Source of the DNA: Stramenopiles sp. TOSAG23-3
Lineage: Eukaryota
Direction: 5' to 3'
NCBI GenBank assembly: GCA_900128585.1
Contig: LT642163.1
Location: 1-50,814, forward strand
DNA: 50,814 nt
Part shown: one piece after another, positions 20,756 through 32,067 of the stretch
Numbering within the stretch: the stretch's first letter is position 1
Layout: every line of letters begins with the position of its first letter
The notes under the pieces: generated by a model
Database searches by the model: none
The model's input: the letters and a program-made list of their open reading frames with translations, nothing else
What the model was told of the DNA's origin: nothing
Translations under genes and position numbers: made by a program

Positions 20756-22507
20756 ATGAGGACGGCTTTGCTGAGTTTGGCGTTGGTTTTCGCCGTAGTT
20801 GCCGTTGCATCGGGATCGAGGCAACGGCAGAAGCCGGAAGATCTAACGGAGGGGGTACCGAAAACAGGTATAGAAGAGGCGAAGAAAACGCACGAACGTC
20901 TACAAAGAACGGTAGGGATATCTTTTGGTATGCAAAAGAAGCAAGCCGCTGCAAAAGAGTCTGTATCGGACGACGCGGTAATTTCCTCAGACCGTCTGAA
21001 ATCTTCATGGGCACTATTGAGCGTGAGCGGAGTTCAAATGACTGCAAAGGAAGCAGAGGACTTGTTGAGCTCAATGTACACCAGTTTGGAAAAAACGAAG
21101 AAAGTGCTGAACTATGCAACAGCACAGCAAAGCGTAATCGAAAAGCAACTTTCAGCTGCGAAGAGGCAAGGAAACTCGAAGCTACAGAGTATTTTGACGG
21201 AGAAAAACACCCGTGCCAAACAAGGCATCGAGTATATTTTGCAGCACGTTCGCTCAAAATTTAACCTTCCCGCAAAATTACCCTCGGACGTCGAAAGGCT
21301 CGAGAAAATGTTGCTGCTTAAGCAAAAGGCCAAGTTTGCGGAGGAGCGCAGTAAATTATCTCAAAACCAAGACGAGGAGCGCCGGAAAAGAGACGCCATG
21401 GACGCGGAGGAAGAAAAACGGAAGGCCGATAGCAGGAACGCCCAAGACAAGGCCAAGAAAATTGCAGAGCAGGAAGCTAAAGCCCAAGACAAGAGAGCAA
21501 GGCAAGAAGAAGCTGAGAAAGCAGCACAGCGAAATTCAAGAGCAGCCGTAGAAGAAAAACAAAAAGCAGAGAAACGACTCGCAGATGCTCGGGCGGGGAA
21601 AGACTTTGAAGCCATTGAGCGTGCTAAGCGACAACTGCAAACGAAGCAACGATTAGCTCTCCAGAGCCAGAAGAGGCTGGAGGAAGCCGGAGAAAAACAG
21701 AAGCAATCGCAGGGGAACATAGATGCCCTTAAAAAGTCTCTTAGCGAGCAGAAAGCTAGGGCATCGAGGTCCGAAGAAAGCAACAAGCGTGCCGTTGCCC
21801 ACATGCAACGGTTAGAGGAGCACGGAAACAGCAAGATGAAAAGTTTGAACAGGGATATTCAGGACATTTTGAAGGAAAAACAAGACCTGTTGTCTAGGAA
21901 AATGTCGTTAGAAAACCAAATGGCCACTAATATGAAATCAGCCGAGGCATCCGTGAAGAAAAACCACGAAGAATTTAGGAAGAAGGCAGAGAGAAATGCC
22001 AAGAAATCTGCGACCAAGCAAGTTTCAACAATGAAAAACATCATGAGCGAGTTTATGGCAAAAATAGCCGCGAATATGCCGAAGCAAGCCCAACCTGCTC
22101 AACCAACCCAACCTGCTGCAGCTGGTGGTGTGCAGGTGAAAGGCCCCGGGGGCACGAATGTAGCTGTGCCGGGCACAACATTGCATATAGAATGCAATGG
22201 ATGTGGTGGCGATAGTAATAGTAATAGCGATGAAAAGGAGTCTTCTACACCCGAAAAATCAAACCTCGAAGGTCAGGTGACAACGGCCGTAGACGCTGCT
22301 GTTGCCAAGATTGTAGGGCAGCATAAACTAAGAGGTGCCCTGAATAGCCAAGACGACCCAGCTGCAACCAAGAAAACTTTGGACGCGAAAACTAAAGAGG
22401 CAGAATCTCTTAAGCGAGACTTGGAGAGTCAAAAAGAGGTGACCAATCAATTGACCAAGAAGGCCTTGGAGAAAGACCAAAAGCTGGAAGAGTTGACAAA
22501 AGCATAA
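20756..22507 (+). CDS. Secreted long coiled-coil protein, unknown function
   Basis: 583-aa ORF, signal peptide MRTALLSLALVFAVVAVASG, K/E/A/Q-rich coiled coil. Confidence 0.85.
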   Translation: MRTALLSLALVFAVVAVASGSRQRQKPEDLTEGVPKTGIEEAKKTHERLQRTVGISFGMQKKQAAAKESVSDDAVISSDRLKSSWALLSVSGVQMTAKEAEDLLSSMYTSLEKTKKVLNYATAQQSVIEKQLSAAKRQGNSKLQSILTEKNTRAKQGIEYILQHVRSKFNLPAKLPSDVERLEKMLLLKQKAKFAEERSKLSQNQDEERRKRDAMDAEEEKRKADSRNAQDKAKKIAEQEAKAQDKRARQEEAEKAAQRNSRAAVEEKQKAEKRLADARAGKDFEAIERAKRQLQTKQRLALQSQKRLEEAGEKQKQSQGNIDALKKSLSEQKARASRSEESNKRAVAHMQRLEEHGNSKMKSLNRDIQDILKEKQDLLSRKMSLENQMATNMKSAEASVKKNHEEFRKKAERNAKKSATKQVSTMKNIMSEFMAKIAANMPKQAQPAQPTQPAAAGGVQVKGPGGTNVAVPGTTLHIECNGCGGDSNSNSDEKESSTPEKSNLEGQVTTAVDAAVAKIVGQHKLRGALNSQDDPAATKKTLDAKTKEAESLKRDLESQKEVTNQLTKKALEKDQKLEELTKA

Positions 22508-23359
22508 TGGAAATTCTACTGCGATATGTTGGGATATTTTTGTTTTGTTAATTTTTTTTCCATATTAATATTATTATTATTTTTTCTAAAAGAAGAATTT
22601 TTTTACTTTTTTTTTAAAATTTCTTCGAAGAAGTATAATACCTTCTTCTATATTTTGAGTGCATAACTTATAGACTACGGCCTCGTATGCGGTGGGTACT
22701 TCGCTGGATTATTATTATATTTACCTATATAAAATACATATATTAAATATTAAACAAGTACATACCGTAGTAGATTCATATACATATCCTATCGGATTAC
22801 TACCTATAAGAGTACATTTGGAGCTATATAGACGAATAGTATCCAATTTAAAATACGAGGAATGTATCACATCATCATCAAAGAAAACAAAGCGACGTCA
22901 TCATCAATTCAATACATGGCACAGCATTCAAAATCACAATCGCATCATCACACTTATGAAGTACTCGTACCTCAGGTGTTTTATTTTCTACCAGGTACGA
23001 ACCGAATAGTAAAAGTATAAGTCAATAAGAAATAAAAAAAAATAGAAGAAGAAGAAAGAAGAAGATTATTATTATTAGTCGGTCTATTACTGTACAGTAT
23101 TTTATTTCTTCTATCTTTTTTTTCTTTTTCTTACCACAGCACAGCAGAAAAAAAAAAAAGTAGTAGAGTTTTTGTTCCTTCTTCTTTGTTCGTATCTGCA
23201 TGTCTTCGTCGTTCCATGGAATGTTGTATGTAGACGATGTTCATGTGACTTTCATAGTCATCCTAACAGAAGGAAAATATATGCTCATAGTACGTGTGTA
23301 GAATATATTTAATTTAAATTCACTCTTTTCACCGTATTGATTCATTACCCATCCTTATT

Positions 23360-25405
23360 ATGTCAGTAAACAAGCGTCAGAAAATGGACATTCACACAAA
23401 CTGCATTAACACCATCAGGATCCTGTCAGCAGAGGTTGTACAGAAAGCAAAAAGTGGACATCCTGGGGCCCCAATGGGGTGTGCCCCTATAGCACATGCC
23501 CTTTGGAGCTCTGTGATGAACTATGCGCCTTCAACACCAGATTGGCCAAACCGAGATCGCTTTGTATTGTCCAACGGTCATGGGTGCGCGTTGTTGTACA
23601 CAATGCTTCACTTGACAGGGTATGCTAACCCCACTATGGACGACTTGAAAAACTTTCGTCAACTCGGAAGTCCCACTGCGGGGCACCCAGAAAACCACCT
23701 GCTTGCTGGAGTTGAAGTTAGCACGGGGCCACTTGGCCAAGGAATTTCAAATGCGGTTGGCATGGCGATTGGGGAAGCCCACATGAGGGCTCGCTACAAC
23801 AAAGAGGGCCACTCTTTGGTGAACCACCACGTTTATGCAATTTGTGGCGACGGGTGCCTCCAAGAAGGAGTGGCGGCAGAGGCCTGCTCTTTGGCTGGGC
23901 ACCTGGGGTTAGGGAAATTGATTGTCTTGTACGATGACAACAATATTCAGATCGACGGCACCACTGATCTTGCCTTTACGGAAGACGTCGGGAAGCGATT
24001 TGAAGCGTATGGATGGCAAGTCCTTTCCTGCGATGACGGGAACACTACGGACATTGCCAATTTGCAAAGTTTGATTGCCACCGCCCAGGCCGAGACCGGC
24101 AAGCCGACCATCATCAAGGTTAAAACTACCATTGGAATTTACGCGGCGAAGCAAGGCACTCACAAAGTCCATGGTTCCCCAATAGGAGATGACGACATCG
24201 CTGCGATCAAAACTAAACTCGGGTACGACGCCACCAAGATGTTCCACATCCCCGAAGAAGTTCGCCAGTATTACTCGGCTGTTTCCAGCGCAGGGGAGCA
24301 AAAATACAAGGAGTGGCAAGCAACCTGGTCGGCGTACAGCACGTCTTTCCCAGAAGAGGCGGCGGAATTGCGCCGGCGCTGGGAAGGCGAGCTTCCAGAG
24401 AATCTATTGAGCGCGTTGCCAAAATTTACCGTAGGCGACAAGACAATGGCTACTCGCAAACATTCGCAAGCGGTCATTAAATCGTTTGCAAATTTGGTCC
24501 CAGAGTGGGTCGGTGGATCGGCCGATTTGACCCCTTCCAACTTGACAAATTGGCCAGAGGACTGTGCAGATTTCCAAAAAGCGACCCCTGAGGGCCGCTA
24601 CCTTCGTTTCGGTGTACGCGAGCACGGAATGGCAGCAATCGTAAACGGACTAGCTGCCTACGGCGGGTTTATCCCATTTGGCGCGACATTTTTGAATTTT
24701 GTGGGCTACGCATTGGGCGCCATCCGAGTTAGCGCCCTTAGCCATTTCCGTGCCATTTACGTCATGACACACGATTCTATCGGGCTAGGGGAGGATGGCC
24801 CAACCCACCAGCCAATTGAAACGCTGTGCAGCCTTCGTGCCATGCCGAACATGTACGTTTTTCGCCCGTGTGATGGAAATGAGACGTCGGGGTCGTATTT
24901 TTCTGCGCTTTCGTGCAAAACAGCACCATCCACGATTTGTCTAAGCCGTCAGGGCATGCCTACCCAGGCTGGCTCAAGCGCGGAAAAAGTTCAACGTGGT
25001 GCGTACATCCTCTCAGATGCCAGTGACGGCAAGCCAGACATTACGTTTGTTGCCACCGGATCAGAGGTCAACTTGTGCGTCGAAGCAGCAAAATTGCTAA
25101 GCGACAGCAAAGCTCGCATCGTCTCAATGCCCTGCTGGGAGCTATTCGAGTCCCAGTCCGACGACTACAAGCAAAGCGTTCTGGGATCAGGGAGCCCAGT
25201 TGTCAGCGTAGAAGCAGGGTCATTGACAGGTTGGAGCCGCTATTCGCACTACCAAATAGGCATGTCAACATTTGGGGTATCTGCCCCCGGCGCCCACGCG
25301 TTTAAACATTTCGGGTTTACCCCGGAAAATGTAGCGGAGAAAGCAGAACGTGTGCTGAAATTTTACTCGTCCAACCCAGTTCCAGCCCTGATGCAGACGA
25401 TTTAA
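23360..25405 (+). CDS. TKT: Transketolase (cytosolic type, no targeting extension)
   Basis: SGHPGAPMG, RDRFVLSNGH, TGPLGQG, GDGCLQEG TPP motif, GVREHGM, THDSIGLGEDGPTHQP. Confidence 0.97.
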   Translation: MSVNKRQKMDIHTNCINTIRILSAEVVQKAKSGHPGAPMGCAPIAHALWSSVMNYAPSTPDWPNRDRFVLSNGHGCALLYTMLHLTGYANPTMDDLKNFRQLGSPTAGHPENHLLAGVEVSTGPLGQGISNAVGMAIGEAHMRARYNKEGHSLVNHHVYAICGDGCLQEGVAAEACSLAGHLGLGKLIVLYDDNNIQIDGTTDLAFTEDVGKRFEAYGWQVLSCDDGNTTDIANLQSLIATAQAETGKPTIIKVKTTIGIYAAKQGTHKVHGSPIGDDDIAAIKTKLGYDATKMFHIPEEVRQYYSAVSSAGEQKYKEWQATWSAYSTSFPEEAAELRRRWEGELPENLLSALPKFTVGDKTMATRKHSQAVIKSFANLVPEWVGGSADLTPSNLTNWPEDCADFQKATPEGRYLRFGVREHGMAAIVNGLAAYGGFIPFGATFLNFVGYALGAIRVSALSHFRAIYVMTHDSIGLGEDGPTHQPIETLCSLRAMPNMYVFRPCDGNETSGSYFSALSCKTAPSTICLSRQGMPTQAGSSAEKVQRGAYILSDASDGKPDITFVATGSEVNLCVEAAKLLSDSKARIVSMPCWELFESQSDDYKQSVLGSGSPVVSVEAGSLTGWSRYSHYQIGMSTFGVSAPGAHAFKHFGFTPENVAEKAERVLKFYSSNPVPALMQTI

Positions 25406-25649
25406 GCGGCCCGACGATTTGCACTCTCACGCGAGAGATAATTTCACCGGCATATTTCATAAAATTTATTAATACGCGTACTCTTATCATTAATATAACT
25501 TGACGCGGTTGTACAGAGCAAGAGAGAAACATTAGAACAAGTTTACGAGTTAGTATAATGAGTTCTAGCAAATATGCATAAATTATTACTTCGTGTGCTG
25601 TGTAATCTTTTACCATTTACCACATTTAAAAAGAGTTGCAGAAAAATCT

Positions 25650-26600
25650 TTATGCCAAACCAACGGTCCAAATGCGAACTTTGTTGTCGGTGTAACCACT
25701 GAAAAGGGTGGCGCCATCGGCACTCCAGGCAAGGGAGATGCAGTGGTGTTGTTTGGCTTTTGGGCCAACCACTGGAAGCTCTGGGGAAAGCTCTCCTACA
25801 ACGATCTTGGATTCAAGGTCCCAGATCTTGATGCACTTCTCGGTGGCGGCGCACAACCAGTATCGGTTGGGGGAGAAGACAAGACTGTGGATGATGTCGT
25901 TTGCTTCCAAACTGTATAGGCGTTTGCCTTCGTTCAAGTCCCAAAGCATGGCAACGCCGTCCTTACCACCGGAGGCGCACAAGGACCCGTCTGGTGATAC
26001 GGTTACGGTGTTCAAGTAACCGGTGTGGCCCATAAGGTTGGTGCGAAGCTTGCAGTTGGTCAAGTTCCAAACCTTTACAAGGCCGTCCCAGCCGCAACTA
26101 ACGATAAGCGGGTTGGCAGTGCTTGGGGAGAAGCGTACGCAGGAAACCCATTCTTTGTGTCCATCTTCGTCTGGGATGGTAAATTTACATTCGCCAAGGG
26201 TGTTCCAAAGCTTGATGCTCTTATCGCGGGAACCACTGACGATTTGACGGTTATCTTGGGAAAATGCCACGGAAAGGACGTCCTTGGTGTGGCCGACGAA
26301 ACGGCGGGAGGTCTGGCCGTTGGCCAAGTTCCAGAGGCGAAGGGTACCGTCCCAACTTCCGGAAAGGGCGAACTGTCCGTCGCTGGAGATGATTACGTCT
26401 TCTACAAAGTGGGAGTGACCTTGAAGGCGGCGGCGGGCGGTGCCGTACGATTCTTCAGTGCGGGTCAAGTCCCATATAACGATGGTCTTGTCGCGAGACG
26501 CGGTCAAGATCATGTTTGGGTTTTCGGCGGTGGTTGCGATCGCAGTGATCCATCCGTTGTGGCCTTCGAGTTGACCGCGGTAGGTAAGTTGTTCAGACAT
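25650..26600 (-). CDS. RACK1: Receptor for activated C kinase 1 (40S WD40 protein)
   Basis: 316 aa, 7 WD40 repeats, [39 protein letters not shown]. Confidence 0.98.
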   Translation of the reverse strand: MSEQLTYRGQLEGHNGWITAIATTAENPNMILTASRDKTIVIWDLTRTEESYGTARRRLQGHSHFVEDVIISSDGQFALSGSWDGTLRLWNLANGQTSRRFVGHTKDVLSVAFSQDNRQIVSGSRDKSIKLWNTLGECKFTIPDEDGHKEWVSCVRFSPSTANPLIVSCGWDGLVKVWNLTNCKLRTNLMGHTGYLNTVTVSPDGSLCASGGKDGVAMLWDLNEGKRLYSLEANDIIHSLVFSPNRYWLCAATEKCIKIWDLESKIVVGELSPELPVVGPKAKQHHCISLAWSADGATLFSGYTDNKVRIWTVGLA

Positions 26601-28069
26601 ATTTCTTTTGATGTTTTGTTTTGGTTGCTAGTTTAAAAATTCAGGTTAATTAAGCAGAAAGGTTGAGATCTTCGTACACTGATATCAGAGATATTTTTCC
26701 ATTGCACATTGTAACAAGAAGAGGTTGGTAGAATACACACCACCAATCCTACAAAAACAAAGCAACAAGATGAAAATATAATAAATAAAAATAATAATAA
26801 TAGAAGAACGAGACTAGTCAAATAACACTAAATAATAATAATAAAAAAGGAAGGCATTATTTATTTTTTATTACTACTTTTTTTTACGAAGAAGAAGCTG
26901 CAACAAACAAGGCCATGATGTCATGTTGTCCAAAAAATACCAACCAACCAACCATTGAAATTGAAAGAAATAAAATAGAGCAAGGGAAGGAAATAAGATG
27001 GATATTAAATATTTAAGGTATATTTAAAATATAATAAATGATTAAGTCATAATATTAACTATATGTATATGAATAAGTATATAACATAATTGTATTGTTA
27101 TTTAATAACCTTATTATTACACTGTGAGAGCTGAAAGAGCTGCGAGAGCGAAAGAAGCTCGAAAATGGTTGGATTTGGTGAAATGAAATAATAGAAAGAA
27201 ATAAGAATACAATATATATAAAAATAATAAAGAAATTATTAATATGAAAATAGAATTAAGTTAGTACAGATAAGTACAAATATAAACAGAAACGATAAAT
27301 GTATCCTAGATAAATGGATGTATCACTTGTTAATAAATAAAATAATAATAGTGTGAAATGTAATAAAAACAAGAATTGTTTATATTTTACAAGTTTATTA
27401 TACCTATTTATCACTTTATATCTAATTACTAAATATTGTATTTTAAATTACTTTCAGGAGGACCACTCAATGAAATGGATGCTTTCGAGTCCATGGTTCG
27501 GTACAAAATGATATACATTATTAGTCCATAGATTACAAACAGTATTATAGTGTGGAATTATTGTACTAATATATGCAAACAAATAAAAATGGTTTGATTT
27601 CCTAATTACAATCCTATGACCATGTTATTGTACTATTCTCCTTTCTATATTATATCCAGTGCTCTGTCATGTTATTTTTTGTTTTTCCCTGTTCTTCCTT
27701 AGTATTATTATGTTATTGTTCAGATTGTGTGATCATGTATTTTTCATTTCATTGTGTTGTTGGAGCTTCTTCTTCTTCGTATAGTATCATCATCATCTCA
27801 ACAATCTTCATCAACAATATCTCAACAACATCTTCATCACAATCAATTAAAAAAAAATTGAACATTTCGTTCGTTCTTTGTTTCATTTGCCTCGGTACGC
27901 CGCAAGCAGGAGTGACAAGATTTATTTGCTACAGTAAAGTGCCAGTTTGAATGAAACGCAACACAAAAACAAAAAAAAAGAATCAAAAAAATCCAATTCC
28001 AACATATTTAGGATCAGGTAATTGTCTGTAACCAACAGCCCTCTTCCAGCGTTTGTATTATCACTAAAC

Positions 28070-28429
28070 ATGTCCAACATGATGAAAGCCAAAACCTTCG
28101 AGTCAGAAGACTCCAAAATTTTTCGTATTCGTATCACCCTTACGTCAAGAAATGTAAAAAATCTTGAAAAAGTTTGCGCTGATTTGAAGAACAAAGCCCA
28201 GCAAAAGAACTTGAAAGTTTCTGGCCCAGTTCGTCTGCCAACCAAGAACTTGCGTATCACCACCCGTAAGGCACCAAATGGTGAAGGTACCAACACCTGG
28301 GATAGGTATGAAATGCGCATCCACAAACGTGTTATTGACTTGCACTCCCCATCCGAGATTGTGAAGCAGATCACCTCCATCTCCATCGAACCAGGAGTGG
28401 ATGTTGAAGTTTTCTTCAAAGACCAATAA
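28070..28429 (+). CDS. RPS20: 40S ribosomal protein S20 (uS10)
   Basis: [52 protein letters not shown]; first ATG 28070. Confidence 0.97.
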   Translation: MSNMMKAKTFESEDSKIFRIRITLTSRNVKNLEKVCADLKNKAQQKNLKVSGPVRLPTKNLRITTRKAPNGEGTNTWDRYEMRIHKRVIDLHSPSEIVKQITSISIEPGVDVEVFFKDQ

Positions 28430-29167
28430 AGTTTCAGTCCGTGTAAACATTACATACGAGTTTAATTTTGTTAAATTAAAGAAAACGTACCAATTCTCAA
28501 TTATTATACACAAAAATCTCATTCGATCAAGAAGAAAGAGTAAGAAGAAGAAATGTCGTTCCTGCGTTGCTGTATTCACCTGTTATGTACATCATCAAAA
28601 TACTATATGGTATAAATGTACTATTATATTTTACATGTTGGATCTGTATGTTAGTTTTTATTATATGTAGTATTAATTTAATATTATATTTACCTATCAT
28701 ATATATGTATATAAATATGTATACTATTTAATTTATTATAAATCATTTCTATTTTGCTTCTTCTTTTCCCTATTATTGAGCTATTAATTACTGTAGTCAT
28801 TAGTGATGCTGTGTCTTTACAAAAATATTTAAAACATATTTTTTATTTTTTAGTATTGTTATTGCTTCTTCTTCTTCTTTCTTTTCTTTTCATAAAACTG
28901 GCATCATTCATCATTATATGCTGTGTTGTTGTTTGTTGTTTTGGTGTTCCCACCGACCCCATCCGTCGTTCGTCCGTCCACTCCTCCTCTTCTTCACTTT
29001 TAAATGAAAAGACTAGGCATGAGTGTTCGTTCTAATGGATATCTTAAAGAAGACAGGATGGCTTTTTATTTAACTCTTTATGGGTAGGACTTGTAAAATA
29101 GAATTGGGCGATCACGACCGTGAACATCGAAAACTATTTCAAACGTCTAAAGTCTCCGAAGAGCAGC

Positions 29168-31057
29168 ATGTTCCTTCGAGTGTTCTCACCAAAGTTACAA
29201 ACTCCAGTTTTCAACGCAGTGCTTTTTAACACCGCTGCTCGACACCACCCTGCCTGCGGGTTTTGTCTCGCAGAGGGATCGAAACGTTATTTTTCTGCTG
29301 CGAAAAAAAAGAAGAAGAAGGGCAAGCGGGCGGCAAATGTGGCAAAAAATAACCCTGGGGGAGGTATTCCAGGGGAGTTTGTCATGTCGGTAACTGGCCT
29401 GTCAAAGCAGGTTGGAGTCAGAAGTATTTTTGAGGACGTCAACCTAGGTTTTTTGCAAGAAGCGAAAATAGGCATCTTGGGCCTCAATGGTTCCGGAAAA
29501 TCGACATTTTTGAAGATTTTATGTGGCGTCGACGACGAGTTTGACGGAAACTTGTGGATCAAAGACGGCTTAAAGGTTGGGTATTTGCCCCAGGAGCCAG
29601 AGTTGGACCCAGCCCTGAGTGTGCGCGAGAACGTTATGTCAGGGCTAGAAAAAGAAGTGTTTCTATTGAAACGTTTTGATGAAGTTTCAATGGAGATGGG
29701 GTCGGACGATGCTGATTTTGACGCACTGTTGGAAGAGCAGGCAAAGCTGCAAACTGAAATAGATAATTACGACGCCTGGACCCTAGACAAGAGGGTGGAC
29801 ATGGCGATGGAGGCTCTTCGGGTTCCCGAGGAAGGCGCGGAGGTGGCCACGCTGTCGGGGGGAGAGGTCCGGCGGGTTGCTCTCTGTCGTTTGCTGCTGG
29901 AGCGACCGGACATGCTGCTTTTGGACGAACCGACCAATCACTTGGACGCAGAGTCCGTTGAGTGGCTTGAGATCTTCCTCCAGCGATACAAAGGAACCGT
30001 CGTAGCAATTACCCACGACCGTTACTTTTTAGACAACGTAGCCGGGTGGATTTTGGAACTCGAGAGGGGCCGCGCACTACCATTCGAGGGGAACTATTCT
30101 TCGTGGTTGGACGCCAAGCAGAAACGCATGAATATGGAGAACAAAAAGGATGCAGCACGTTCAAAAGCTATGGCAAAAGAATTGGAGTGGATACGAAAAG
30201 GAACAAGGGGACAGCAAAAGAAAGGGAAGGCGCGCCAGAAAGCGTACGAAGAGAATGTTGCCGAAGCACAGAAGAGCGGAATCGCAGAACGCTTGGAAAG
30301 TGGGACTATTGTGATCCCGGAAGGGCCGCGGTTGGGAAACAAAGTTCTTTCCGTGAAAGGCCTGTGTCACCAATTTGAGGATGGGCGCCCACTCTTCAAC
30401 TCGTTGGACTTTACGGTGCCGAAAGGAGCATTGGTGGGAATTGTAGGAGGGAACGGTGTTGGAAAATCGACGCTGTTCCGCTTACTCACGGGCGACATAG
30501 GGCCGGACAGGGGCACCATTGATGTGGGAGATAGCGTCCATATTGGCTACGTCTCCCAGAGCCGTGCAAGCCTGAATGCCAACCACACCGTCTATGAAGA
30601 GGTTGCAGGAGACAATGAGTATATAAGGGTTGGAGACCGCGACCTGCCAATTCGTGCTTACGTTTCGTCTTTCAACCTGAAGGGGGCGGCGCAGGAAAAA
30701 CGCATTGGCGATTTAAGTGGCGGGGAAAGGAATAGAGTTCATTTGGCAAAGACCCTCAGCAGTGGCTCGAATTTCATACTGCTCGATGAGCCCACGAACG
30801 ACTTGGACGTGGAGACCCTTCGTTCGTTGGAGGAGGCCCTTTACGACTTTTCCGGGAGCGGGATGATAATATCGCACGACCGATATTTCTTGGACCGCAT
30901 TTGCTCTCATGTTTTGGCATTTGAAGGAAACGGCGAAGTAGTCTTTTTTGAAGGGGGATGGTCTGAATATTTGAAAGCCTCCCAAAGCAATCTTAACATC
31001 GAGTCGGACGACCAGGACGGACGGAAGAAGCGGTTTCGCCCGATGCAGTATTTTTGA
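29168..31057 (+). CDS. ettA: ABC-F translation factor EttA/ChvD-like with predicted mitochondrial presequence
   Basis: AKIGILGLNGSGKST, YLPQEPELD, THDRYFLDNVAGWILEL, GNYSSWL, ELEWIR, GPRLG, LSGGERNRVHLAK; N-terminal basic/hydroxylated extension ending KRYFS. Confidence 0.9.
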   Translation: MFLRVFSPKLQTPVFNAVLFNTAARHHPACGFCLAEGSKRYFSAAKKKKKKGKRAANVAKNNPGGGIPGEFVMSVTGLSKQVGVRSIFEDVNLGFLQEAKIGILGLNGSGKSTFLKILCGVDDEFDGNLWIKDGLKVGYLPQEPELDPALSVRENVMSGLEKEVFLLKRFDEVSMEMGSDDADFDALLEEQAKLQTEIDNYDAWTLDKRVDMAMEALRVPEEGAEVATLSGGEVRRVALCRLLLERPDMLLLDEPTNHLDAESVEWLEIFLQRYKGTVVAITHDRYFLDNVAGWILELERGRALPFEGNYSSWLDAKQKRMNMENKKDAARSKAMAKELEWIRKGTRGQQKKGKARQKAYEENVAEAQKSGIAERLESGTIVIPEGPRLGNKVLSVKGLCHQFEDGRPLFNSLDFTVPKGALVGIVGGNGVGKSTLFRLLTGDIGPDRGTIDVGDSVHIGYVSQSRASLNANHTVYEEVAGDNEYIRVGDRDLPIRAYVSSFNLKGAAQEKRIGDLSGGERNRVHLAKTLSSGSNFILLDEPTNDLDVETLRSLEEALYDFSGSGMIISHDRYFLDRICSHVLAFEGNGEVVFFEGGWSEYLKASQSNLNIESDDQDGRKKRFRPMQYF

Positions 31058-31440
31058 TTTTTGGGCCACAAATCGTCCTGGTTGCCATGTTACGAAGTAA
31101 ACCTTGTACGGAGTAATACGAAATTTGTGAGGTACGGGCAGAAACGCGATGCAAAGCAAAACATTATATACTTGTGCGTAAATGATGCTTTGATTTTTAC
31201 TTTAATACCTTTCGGTGGTAATAATAGTTTGTGTCGAAAGAAAAGCCAAATTAAATTCAGAAAATCCCCAATCCCCCCCCCCCCCGCACTACTAAATCTA
31301 CTATTCGATATACACTATTTGTTTTTTCATAATTTAACAAACATTGTAAAGCTAAACACAAAATTAGAGCTGGAGTGGTATTCGGCTACATTCACTCTTT
31401 AGTATGCTGTTGTCTCTTCGTTCGACCGTTTCACAAACAC

Positions 31441-32067
31441 TTACTCCTTGTGCTTCTTAGCATCGTAATCCTTCGCACTTGAACTGCACGCGCAACCCAG
31501 CATAAGCCCCAAAAGTGTGCCTATGCCTAGAATGAAGAAAATGGCATTCTTTTTTCGCGCAAATAATTCTCTCAAATCCCTGAGTAGCATATCACTGTGC
31601 TCAGCGATCATGATTGCGAGCCAACTCTTTGGCCCCGGGATCTTCATACCCTTTATGTCGCTACCTTCTTCAGTGCCCGCGTTTCTGGCAAATGCAATCA
31701 AGTTATCTGTTTCTCTCTTTCCACTGAAACGGTATTGTTGGCCTCGTTTCAAAAGTATTAGTGTTGGGTACCCACGGACACCGAAACGTTTGCATGTGAT
31801 AGTCTCCTTTGTACAGTCAACTTTAGCAAAAGTAAACTCGTTGCTGTGTTCCTCGCTCAGATCTTCCCATTTCGGCGCCAGCGCCTTGCAGTGGCCACAC
31901 CATGGTGCATAAAACTTCACGAACCATGTTCCCGTCGTCATGCCAGTTGAAGCTTGGGTTAGCTTTTCAAAATTTGAATCTTTTAGAATTTGGGCAGGGC
32001 GTGACTGCCCAGGACGACAAAGGACTACAAGAGCCAGTACGACCACGTTCAAAATCCACGATTTCAT
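31441..32067 (-). CDS. ER membrane thioredoxin-domain protein (TMX/PDI family)
   Basis: Signal peptide, FYAPWCGHCK, GVRGYPTL, C-terminal TM and lysine-rich tail. Confidence 0.9.
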   Translation of the reverse strand: MKSWILNVVVLALVVLCRPGQSRPAQILKDSNFEKLTQASTGMTTGTWFVKFYAPWCGHCKALAPKWEDLSEEHSNEFTFAKVDCTKETITCKRFGVRGYPTLILLKRGQQYRFSGKRETDNLIAFARNAGTEEGSDIKGMKIPGPKSWLAIMIAEHSDMLLRDLRELFARKKNAIFFILGIGTLLGLMLGCACSSSAKDYDAKKHKE

